The position numbers were made by a program, and so were the translations under genes. A model generated the notes under the pieces. The model saw only the letters and a program-made list of their open reading frames with translations. It searched no databases and was not told the DNA's origin. DNA of 44,902 nt, from assembly GCA_031409335.1 (NCBI GenBank), contig JANNWY010000153.1:1-44902 (forward strand), written 5' to 3'. The first letter of the stretch is position 1; every line of letters starts with the position of its first letter. Below are positions 27,047 through 34,915 of the stretch, one piece after another. This stretch comes from Chthoniobacteraceae bacterium (GTDB lineage: Bacteria; Verrucomicrobiota; Verrucomicrobiia; Chthoniobacterales; Chthoniobacteraceae).

Positions 27047-28339
27047 TCAAAGGCACACTGCCACTCTTGCTTGCGCTTTTCCGGTGCCTCCGATGGAGCG
27101 CGCGTGTTCCTTCGTGATGAAGTTCTCCATCACGAACTGGCCGAGCCGCGCGCCGGAGAGCAGGCCCTGCGTGTTGGCCGACATGAAGTGGATGCCTCCG
27201 TAGATGCGGCTCATTCCGGCTTCCGCGGCAGCTTCCGAAAATGACGTAAAGCTGCGCATAACACCGGGCACATCGTCCGATGTAGTTGTGAAAGTGATGT
27301 TGTCCGATCCGAAGAACGCCGCGAGCACGGTCGCGCCTGCACTGCTGAACGTGCTGTGGCCGGACGTGTATTCCGGGAAGGGCGGAGTCGCGAGGAGCGG
27401 GATCCAGTCTGCGTCTTTCTCGGTTGCCAGATTCTCGTCCAGGTCGGCGTTTTGGATGGCAGTGATCGGACGCCACAAGTTGCAGGCGTATTTGCAATCC
27501 CAGCACAGGATTCCCGCATCGGCCTCGGCGATATTCAGCAGCGCGAAGAGACGCGCGTTTTCCTCCATGCTGTTGCCGCGCTGCATGGCCAGTTCGCGGG
27601 CGATCACGTTCCAGTGCCCTGGCGGTGTCACCGTCCCGGGGCCGTCCGCCCAGAACTGCGCGATCGTCGTTTGCTCGGCAGTTCGCGTCGTGCTGTTCCT
27701 TGCGCCGAGTTGTTTGGTCTGATTGAAGTCATCGGCGTAAGCCGCGCTGGTCAAGGCCGGCGGCATGGCCGGTCGGAACTGCGCGGCGCTGGTCATGGCG
27801 AAGGGTTTTACTCCGGGCCACTGCGGCAGGGCGGGTTTGGCGAAAGCAGGCTCCGTCGGACGCCACACCCCAATCGGGTTTCGCGAAGCATAAATTACCG
27901 TCGCCTGCGACCCATCCTTCGCCCGATCGGCCAGCAGCGTTTGGGCGACATGCTCGCCCCAGTCGATGCTTGCCCGCTTTCCATCGCCCGGCGGGACCGT
28001 GCGCAATACCTTGTTGTAGGTCGCGTCGAAAGCAGCTTGCTGCGCGGGAAAGAGGCGGAGCAAGACCAGCCGCGCCGCCACTGCCGCGGCAGCTTCGGGC
28101 GATGCGCCTTCGGCGGGTTTTCCATTCACGAAATAAGGCTCACGTGTTTGCGTGATACCATTCACCGCGTCGTAAATCGCGACGTGCATCATCGCCAAAG
28201 CGCGCGCGGCCTTGGGCGGCGCAGTTCGGTCCGATTTGATCGCCACCAAGGCCGTCTCGTTCCAATCGGTCACGACATCCGCGTGTGCGAAGGAGGCTGT
28301 GGCAACCAGCGTTAGGAGAAAGTGAAGGATTGGTTTCAT
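27047..28339 (-). CDS. Secreted vanadium-dependent haloperoxidase / PAP2 family protein
   Basis: Signal peptide then DVVTDWN; K...WRP, TPPFPEYTSGHS and SRIYGGIHF vanadate/phosphate-binding motifs. Confidence 0.88.
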   Translation of the reverse strand: MKPILHFLLTLVATASFAHADVVTDWNETALVAIKSDRTAPPKAARALAMMHVAIYDAVNGITQTREPYFVNGKPAEGASPEAAAAVAARLVLLRLFPAQQAAFDATYNKVLRTVPPGDGKRASIDWGEHVAQTLLADRAKDGSQATVIYASRNPIGVWRPTEPAFAKPALPQWPGVKPFAMTSAAQFRPAMPPALTSAAYADDFNQTKQLGARNSTTRTAEQTTIAQFWADGPGTVTPPGHWNVIARELAMQRGNSMEENARLFALLNIAEADAGILCWDCKYACNLWRPITAIQNADLDENLATEKDADWIPLLATPPFPEYTSGHSTFSSAGATVLAAFFGSDNITFTTTSDDVPGVMRSFTSFSEAAAEAGMSRIYGGIHFMSANTQGLLSGARLGQFVMENFITKEHARSIGGTGKAQARVAVCL

Positions 28340-28468
28340 GGGAGGTTGTTAAAAAACGCGGTCATTTCGAGCGAAGCCGAGGAACCTCTCGCATTGCTTT
28401 TTACGGGCGAAGGTGGAGAGAAGCTCTGCCAACTTGACTTCACTGTCCTCGATGCTCAGATGCACCGC

Positions 28469-28717
28469 ATGACTGCCACCGTGGAAGACCTCCAAGCCAA
28501 AGTCCTCACGCTGATCGACCTTGCCCGGCGGGGTGAGGAAGTGCTCATCACTCAGGAAGGCCAGGCCGTAGCCAGGCTCACAGGTGTTCCCCCGCCCAAG
28601 TCTGCCCCGGATCGGCGTGCGTGGTTGCAAAGGCTCGCCACCCTGCGCGCCCGACTCGCCACTGGGGTGGCAGGAGCTTCCGTGCAACAGATCCTCGACG
28701 AAGATCGCCGCGAATAG
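28469..28717 (+). CDS. Phd/YefM-family antitoxin
   Basis: LIDLARRGEEVLITQEGQAVARL motif; 3 nt upstream of a PIN toxin. Start could alternatively be 28460. Confidence 0.85.
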   Translation: MTATVEDLQAKVLTLIDLARRGEEVLITQEGQAVARLTGVPPPKSAPDRRAWLQRLATLRARLATGVAGASVQQILDEDRRE

Positions 28718-28720
28718 GGC

Positions 28721-29158
28721 ATGAGTTATTGGGACACGTCCGCTCTTGGAAAGCTCTACGTTCAGGAGTCGGACTCGGGCGACTTCGAGCGGAAAGCCGA
28801 AAGCGTTGCAGTGATCGTCACCTCCAGCCTCGCGCGGCTGGAAATGCACCGGATTGCTTTCCGCAAAGAAATAGGAGGCCAAATCCCGGCGCAGACTGCC
28901 GAGGAGATTCTTCGCCAGTTGGATCAGGACATAGCCTCTGGCGACATTCGGATCGTTACCATCGACCCGGCAGTTGAGGCCGCTTTCGGCAACATCATGG
29001 CCGCGTGTTATCGCCAGCCCGCGCCGATTCCGCTTCGCACCTTCGACGCTCTCCACCTCGCTTCCGCGCGCGTCGCGGGCGAGACGGAAATCGTCGCCAC
29101 CGACAAAACCCTGCGCACCGCTGCCACCCATCTCGGCTTCTCGGTCTATCCGCTGTAA
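28721..29158 (+). CDS. vapC: PIN-domain toxin (VapC family)
   Basis: YWDTSALGKLY, LARLE, LRTFDALHLASA, ATDKTL acidic PIN motifs. Confidence 0.9.
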   Translation: MSYWDTSALGKLYVQESDSGDFERKAESVAVIVTSSLARLEMHRIAFRKEIGGQIPAQTAEEILRQLDQDIASGDIRIVTIDPAVEAAFGNIMAACYRQPAPIPLRTFDALHLASARVAGETEIVATDKTLRTAATHLGFSVYPL

Positions 29159-29175
29159 CGATTCTGCCTCGTTAG

Positions 29176-29331
29176 CCTCGTTCCCAAGCTGCGCTTGGGA
29201 ATGCAACTGTGGGCGAAGTTGCACTTCGCGTGGAGGGCGTGTCCGCAGGTGGCGACCGCCCGCAGACGCCCCCGCCTGCGAAGCACAGCTTCGCTCCAAT
29301 AGGCATTCCCAAGCGCAGCTTGGGAACGAGG
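29176..29331. repeat. REPIN-like element, family B
   Basis: Perfect 29-bp inverted repeat CCTCGTTCCCAAGCTGCGCTTGGGAATGC at 29176-29204 / 29303-29331; each arm is itself a hairpin (TTCCCAAGC..GCTTGGGAA). Confidence 0.88.
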
Positions 29332-29341
29332 AGTGGTAAAT

Positions 29342-29428
29342 GTGACACGGGCTTTCCAGCCTGTGTTCCGAGTCGGCGTGCGCCTTCGGCGTCGGGGTTA
29401 GCATCACGGCCTGGAAAGCCCATGTCAC
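29342..29428. repeat. REP doublet, family C
   Basis: GTGACACGGGCTTTCCAGCCTGTG (29342-29365) and its inverted near-copy CACGGCCTGGAAAGCCCATGTCAC (29405-29428). Confidence 0.75.
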
Positions 29429-29466
29429 TCTCTTGCCGCATGAAGATGCAAGTCTCATCCTGTAGT

Positions 29467-30075
29467 TCACGGTTTCTTCATGGCTGCCGTCTGCGTCTCG
29501 ACGACTCGGTAGAAGCACTGCTTCTGCGTTCCGGCTCCGGCGTCGATAACTTTGATCATCTTGCCCGTTCCGACGATCACTTCCCCAGTGAGCGGGGTCC
29601 ACTGGCCTGCGATCAGGTCTTCCCGCCATTCGATGCGATAGCTTCGCCCTGCGATGGACTGGAATTCGATGTGGAAGTTGTCTTCCACCTTCTTGATGGA
29701 TGGGGTGATCGGTGGTGGCGCGGGCATCGGCGGTGGGGATGCGGCGACGGTGTTCACCGTCAAACCGCTCGCGCCATAGGTCACGGCAAACTGTTTCCCG
29801 TTGCCGATGCTGCCGTTGACCGTGTCGAACTGCCCGGTGTGCGAAGTGTAGGTGAGCACGTTGAAGCTGCTACCGAGCCCCGGATCGAATCCGTTGACTG
29901 CGGACAAATTCAGCGTCCCGGCCAGCGCCGCGGGTGCCCTGAGCGAAGCCGAATGGGCCGCCCCATTGATCGTGATCCTCCCGAACTGCCCGGCGGCGGT
30001 CCCGCCAATCTCGATCGCCACGCTGCCGCCCGCAAAGTGGGTGAACCCGCCGGACATCGAAATCGTTCCGCCCAC
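29467..30075 (-). pseudogene. 5'-truncated C-terminal fragment of a large exported protein
   Basis: GTISMSGGFTHFAGGSVAIEIGGTAAGQF...LAGTLNLSAVNGF resembles modules of the 5288-aa protein. It is followed by a Pro linker and a Verrucomicrobia-type terminal domain (GRSYRIEWREDL..W...FYRV). No signal peptide, and the upstream part of the ORF is antisense to another gene. Confidence 0.65.
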
Positions 30076-30135
30076 GTCCGCGCGAACAAGGGAGATTGCC
30101 AGGCCCGACACAATTCCGGCATAAGCCGTGGTGCG

Positions 30136-30516
30136 ATGAGTTATCGAGACCCACTCCCGAACGGATGTCCGCCCATTGAATCGACCGAAGTCGCCGATGA
30201 GCGCGTCGTGTTTCGCCTCGTGACCTCGAATCCACCCACGGGTGACGACTTCCGCTCGCAGCGAGTCGAGCGACCCACCGCCATCTTCCCGCCGGGAATT
30301 TCGGAGTGCATCGCGCGCGGCATTTCGGTGCATGCCGAACGCAACGACTCGGAAAAACTGCGGCGGCTCCCGCGCTTTCGCCGGGCGCTCCTTTGCCGGG
30401 TGCGATTGAAGGCCGGTGCGGGGCGCATTCAGCAGACTTTCCAACCATCGCATCACACATGGTGGCCGCTGGCGGCATTCAACATTCTGGCGGAGTGTGA
30501 AATCGAGACGACATGA
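30136..30516 (+). CDS. Hypothetical 126-aa protein, putative ADP-ribosyltransferase-like fold
   Basis: Internal ATG of the 29209..30516 ORF: MSYRDPLPNGCPP...VFRLV...DF.SQ...CIARGISV...SHHTWW. Its stop overlaps the next start (ATGA). Confidence 0.7.
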   Translation: MSYRDPLPNGCPPIESTEVADERVVFRLVTSNPPTGDDFRSQRVERPTAIFPPGISECIARGISVHAERNDSEKLRRLPRFRRALLCRVRLKAGAGRIQQTFQPSHHTWWPLAAFNILAECEIETT

Positions 30517-31655
30517 AGACCATCCGCCACACTTGCACGCTCTACTATTACGATGGTGCGCAGGTCTTTGAAGGCCGCGACGCCATTGGCGGGCATTATC
30601 TTGGCGTGATGGTTGGACCGATCGAAGGGCGCGAACGCTACGTGATCGCCGGGGTCGAGCCCGAACGTCTCAGGCAATTTCGCATCGGTTCACTCGACTT
30701 GCGGACGCTGCTGTTGGAACGCGCCGAAACGAGCTGGTTCCTCGCGTCGTCCGGTGCAGGTCTCGACGAGCCGCTGCTATTGGAATCACAGGATGGCGCG
30801 CTCGCCGCTTTCGCCGAGTTACCGGAGCCGGGCTTTTTCTTGCACGACCGCCCAGCCGATACCGAGACGGTGCGTGAGGCGCGGGCTAGAAACAACCTGG
30901 TCCTAGAAGTAGCTGTGGAACCGCCGGAAGCGGCGGCAGAACATCGCATTCGAGTCGGCACGCTAACCGCACTGCTCGGGCATGTGCAGACTCTGGTAAA
31001 ACACGCCTATGGCTGGGCGCTGCGCGATCTTTCACTGGAAACCCGGCGAAGCATCGACCGCTCCGAAGCGCATCTGCTGGATGTCGTCGTTCCGGCGGCG
31101 ACCGGTTCGTTTCGCGTGATGCTGGAAGCTTCCCGCGGCCCCGATCTGCTGGGCCAGAACGAACTCAGCCGCGCCTTGCGGCGCATCGACGAGTTATTCG
31201 CCCATGTGGGTGATCCCGCGCAGACTCTGGCCACGGTGAAAGCGCATCGCGGACACCTCGCCGGAGCGTATTTGCGATTGCTCCGATTTCTCGTCGAAAC
31301 GAAGACCGGCTTGCGATACGCATGGGCGCAACCGTCGTTTTCCCAGCCACGCGGGTGCGGCGTTGCGGAGACGGAAGCGGGGCCACTTGTTGAATTACTC
31401 TCGGGCGTGTCCAATCTTGGCTCGGAGCCGGTGGAACTCGTGGGCGCGCTCAAGAAAGCGGATGTGGATAATGGTTCGTGGCGTCTGGCAATTGGTGACG
31501 ACGACATCGCCGGCAAGATCAAACCGGGAGGCCCAAGCCTGGCCGGACTTAAGCTCGAAAGCCGTTATCGGTTTACATGCCTCGAAGAGATCGAGGAAAC
31601 GCAAGGTGGACGCGAGCAGCGAACGCTTTATCTCACCGAACATGAGCCAGCGTAA
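30513..31655 (+). CDS. DUF6575-like domain protein with unknown C-terminal region
   Basis: N-terminal YYDG.QVF..RD..G.HYL...ERL..F..G.LDLR...LPEPGFFL pattern, recalled as DUF6575; C-terminal part has GSF motif and a beta-rich tail. Confidence 0.65.
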   Translation: MKTIRHTCTLYYYDGAQVFEGRDAIGGHYLGVMVGPIEGRERYVIAGVEPERLRQFRIGSLDLRTLLLERAETSWFLASSGAGLDEPLLLESQDGALAAFAELPEPGFFLHDRPADTETVREARARNNLVLEVAVEPPEAAAEHRIRVGTLTALLGHVQTLVKHAYGWALRDLSLETRRSIDRSEAHLLDVVVPAATGSFRVMLEASRGPDLLGQNELSRALRRIDELFAHVGDPAQTLATVKAHRGHLAGAYLRLLRFLVETKTGLRYAWAQPSFSQPRGCGVAETEAGPLVELLSGVSNLGSEPVELVGALKKADVDNGSWRLAIGDDDIAGKIKPGGPSLAGLKLESRYRFTCLEEIEETQGGREQRTLYLTEHEPA

Positions 31656-31733
31656 GCCAATTTCCTAATCGCCAATGACACTGTGGACTTTGCCAAGGTG
31701 CCGGGTTTGCGATTTGAAAACTGGCTGGATTGA
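31656..31733 (+). pseudogene. Remnant C-terminus of a VapC/PIN toxin
   Basis: Translates ANFLIANDTVDFAKVPGLRFENWLD*, matching the typical VapC ending LVTxNxxxFxRVxGLxxENW; no start codon or N-terminal part. Confidence 0.65.
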
Positions 31734-31803
31734 GTGATGCGATGCGCAACTGCCCTGCAAATGCATAAACTCACGATTCACGAACCGGCCCCGAATTTCC
31801 TCT

Positions 31804-32460
31804 ATGAAACGCTTACTAACGCTGAAGGCTAGCCACGATGTCTGCGTCGCTGAAACCGATCACATCAAGACAATTGCCGATCTTATCGGTATCGAATGTG
31901 AGCATCTAGTTATTACCTCCCTTGACGCCGTGGTTGCGGGCACGGCAGGCGGCAATCAATTCGATTACATTTATCTATGTGGGCACGCCAACGAAAAAGG
32001 CTTTGGCGAAGCGGATGGATCACGCATCTTCCCTTGGGGCGAGTTCGCCCTCGCTCTCTGCAACGCAAACTGGCTCAACACTGAGGGAGTATTGTTTCTT
32101 GCCACCTGCCGGGGCGGCCTCAGATCCATCGCCGACACGATGTTCCGGGTGTGCGGCAAGATTGATTACATCTGCGGCCCGCGTTGGTCGGTGGACAAGC
32201 ACGACCTGACTTGCGGCTTCCACACCTTCATCTACAACCTTGAAGCTCGCCACGAGGAGCCCGCAGTGGCCGTTGAGCGTGCCTCAAAAGCCACCGGAAG
32301 GCACTTCTTCTGTTATGATCGTCTTGAGTGCTGCTCATCGGATTTGGTTGCGAGTCTATCAGCCGTGCAGCATTTGATCGCGGCTGGTGCCCTCGACGAG
32401 AAGGAAGTTCTCCGGCGCCTTTTCGGAGCGTCGCCCAAAAATGAATCAACTGCGGCCTAA
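31804..32460 (+). CDS. Stand-alone caspase/CHAT-like cysteine protease (putative)
   Basis: FDYIYLCGHAN and VLFLATC give a His-Cys dyad pattern like CHAT xHFxGHG / LxLSAC, followed by ICG...V...F..FIY.L. Confidence 0.6.
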   Translation: MKRLLTLKASHDVCVAETDHIKTIADLIGIECEHLVITSLDAVVAGTAGGNQFDYIYLCGHANEKGFGEADGSRIFPWGEFALALCNANWLNTEGVLFLATCRGGLRSIADTMFRVCGKIDYICGPRWSVDKHDLTCGFHTFIYNLEARHEEPAVAVERASKATGRHFFCYDRLECCSSDLVASLSAVQHLIAAGALDEKEVLRRLFGASPKNESTAA

Positions 32461-32502
32461 CCAGGCTCAGCGGCCGGCGCACGCCTTCTAAATCCAAATC
32501 CA

Positions 32503-32844
32503 ATGAAAACAACCGAACCCAAATACACGTTAGTTGTGGCAGACCTGCAATGGGGCGATACCGAGCCGCAACGGGGAGAGCCAGGGGTGCTCCAAAGTCA
32601 ACTTGATCGAATAGCGACCACTGCCGTAAAAGTAGGTCGAGGCATGTTTCTGTTCGATACGCATCGAGATTTTGATAGTATCGACCTGTTACTACAGCTC
32701 TTTCGCTCTGCCAATCGAACGGCTCTAGCGCTCCCTCTCGAATCAGAATTGCGTCTTGTTTGCGATACAAACAAGAGCGAAGCCATCGCAGCGGCTTTCC
32801 CCGACCTGAAACTTTACAGACTGTCTCCAAGCCCCAAACAATGA
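32503..32844 (+). CDS. Hypothetical protein (113 aa)
   Basis: Protein-like composition in a lower-GC region, ATG start; no motif recognised with confidence. Confidence 0.6.
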   Translation: MKTTEPKYTLVVADLQWGDTEPQRGEPGVLQSQLDRIATTAVKVGRGMFLFDTHRDFDSIDLLLQLFRSANRTALALPLESELRLVCDTNKSEAIAAAFPDLKLYRLSPSPKQ

Positions 32845-32996
32845 CGCCTAAGCGCTGCGAATCGCGCGACTGTCACGACGGCAGATTCCTGCCCCCAATT
32901 TTCATCTCAAGCGGCGAAACGGAGGGCTGGGAAGAGCGAGATTTGAGAATCAACCCCGTCTTGTCTCAACCATGACTTAGACCAAACTGCTCGTGC

Positions 32997-34238
32997 ATGA
33001 ATCCCGCCGAATTTTGCTTTGAATGTCCCGCGTGCGGCCAGCACATTTCCGCGACATACGATGCTGTGGGTATCACGGCAAACTGCCCGGCTTGTTCCAC
33101 CTCGTTCACCGTTCCCGCACCGCAACCAGCGGCTCCTGCTCCGAAGCGAGTTTCAAAACAGCCGCCCGATGTTTTGCCCGGCGCTGGTGTCCAAGTGCCG
33201 AAAGAAGGTTCAGCGCAAGTCCAACAACCCGGCGCGAAAGCTCGGAAGATGTTCCGCGCTATTCTTGAATTTCTTGATCGCTCCCTCACAAGAGCATCAG
33301 TTGTAAGCATCACCGTTTTGCTCCTAATTGGAAGTTGGGCTTACCCGCCAGGCTATCACACCACGAAGCATTCGCATGGTCGGTTCTTCCTCTTCGACAT
33401 GAGCAGCGAAATGAGGGTCGATTTTGGACGATTGATTTTGCTGGACGCCATTATTGCCGCGATTGGTCTGTTGTTTGCGCGGATAATTAACCGCAGAGAG
33501 AGAACTCGCAGCATAGCCGTCCGCGTGGTCTTTTACTCGCTCGTTGCGGCTCCAATTATCGCGATTGTCTGGAGCATTGTGGCCCACATTGGCTACGTGA
33601 GGTATCAGGCTACCGAGGAACGCGCCCGACGCGAGACGGAACGTGTCCGCCACGAAAGGCAAGAAATGCTCAGCAAAGGCGTTGCGGATAATCTGTCCTC
33701 GCCAGCGAGAGCTAGTGATGTTCTTGCGACAATTCTCTGGTTCCGCAGCGACGGCTATACCGATAACGAGATTAGTTGGGCTTTGGCTCAAAGATTTAAT
33801 GGCTTTTTGGAAATTCAAGAGCTTGGTCCTAAGATTGGTTACGAAACACCCAAGCAAGGTGACACGCTATCGTCGCTTGAGCGTGCCTTGCTGGCGGACT
33901 CGTTGAGAGTCAACGACGTCGACTTGGAAAAGCTGACTCTGACGGAGATTGCTCCATCGGTAAGTGGCGAAACATTGTATGGCTTTCATGGCCGCATTCG
34001 CAACGACCTCACGCGCGCGGTCCACAGTATTAGAGCGAAAGCGTCGATCTACGATTCGGGCGGCAAACTGGCCGAAGTCCTCACCTTTTGGCTCAACCGA
34101 AGCTTAAACTCAGAAAACGACTTCGCCAAAGCTGTACCGGGCGAACCCGCTAGCTTCGAAACGCGGGTTCGCGTCGAGCACATGCCGAAAGGGTTCACAT
34201 ATAAGGTGCAGGTTATCGAAGGTCATTACATTCAGTGA
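32997..34238 (+). CDS. Zinc-ribbon membrane protein with C-terminal FxLYD-like domain
   Basis: CPACG...CPAC at the N-terminus, three hydrophobic segments, C-terminal GRIRN...ASIYDSGGKL...PGEPASF. Confidence 0.7.
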   Translation: MNPAEFCFECPACGQHISATYDAVGITANCPACSTSFTVPAPQPAAPAPKRVSKQPPDVLPGAGVQVPKEGSAQVQQPGAKARKMFRAILEFLDRSLTRASVVSITVLLLIGSWAYPPGYHTTKHSHGRFFLFDMSSEMRVDFGRLILLDAIIAAIGLLFARIINRRERTRSIAVRVVFYSLVAAPIIAIVWSIVAHIGYVRYQATEERARRETERVRHERQEMLSKGVADNLSSPARASDVLATILWFRSDGYTDNEISWALAQRFNGFLEIQELGPKIGYETPKQGDTLSSLERALLADSLRVNDVDLEKLTLTEIAPSVSGETLYGFHGRIRNDLTRAVHSIRAKASIYDSGGKLAEVLTFWLNRSLNSENDFAKAVPGEPASFETRVRVEHMPKGFTYKVQVIEGHYIQ

Positions 34239-34387
34239 TGTTCTTTCGCGGCACTCATTAACGTTCCGACTCGCATCCCGTCAAAGCCCGTAAGGAAAGG
34301 GGTCGCTTTTAGAAGCCTAAATTCTTTCTTTGAGCATTGAAAAATGGAGTCCGAATTTTTCCATCGGTGGATAAAGGGATGGACCTT

Positions 34388-34915
34388 CTATCGCTTCTTT
34401 GGGAACGAGAACCGAATGAGCGAGACCGCTGTCTGGGCAACTCGGAAATGAAAAGGGTCGGGTTTCAGAATTCCGCTGTTCGAGGCGACGTGCTGGCCGT
34501 TATTCACGAGGCTGCCGGGCTGGATTTCGACGGTGAGGAAGGGCTGCTGCGCGGGCGGCAGGTCGAGCGCGGCTTCCGGTTTCAGCGTGACCATGGTGGT
34601 CTGGCTGGCGCTGACGTTTTGCAGGATGGAAGCCGGGATGCGGGGAAGATATATCGATTCCATGCCTTTCATGACGAAGTTATTCAGGCCGGGCTGCATG
34701 GTGGCATCCATGACCATCTCGGGGAAGTAGTAGCCACCGGGCGGGGGCCGTGGCGGTGCGGCCATCGATGACGACTTTCACATTTCCCGAAGGGACGCCG
34801 TCGATCTGGAAGCTGCTCGCCCTTTTACCTGCCGCCACTTGTTCTGTGCGCCGCCTCCTCGCCGGCGGCATCGGTTTCGACGGCTCGGTTTTCCAAGCCG
34901 ATGAGAAAGACCTTT
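34388..34915 (-). pseudogene. Frameshifted, 3'-truncated continuation of the exported protein begun in 34778..36541
   Basis: Removing one base at 34913-34915 gives PIAGVKVFLIGLENRAVETDAAG. After about 45 nt of extra sequence comes FQIDGVPSGNVKVVIDGRTAT. Removing one base at 34743-34747 gives APPGGYYFPEMVMD...YLPRI...QPGSLV, after which the similarity is lost. Confidence 0.65.

Noticed and set aside
28434..28462. Promoter for vapBC (TTGACT -35)
   Set aside because: The -10 match is too weak to call from sequence alone.
29209..30135. N-terminal 309 aa of the 435-aa ORF
   Set aside because: Covers REP elements and the antisense of the gene fragment; only the part from ATG 30136 looks like a protein.
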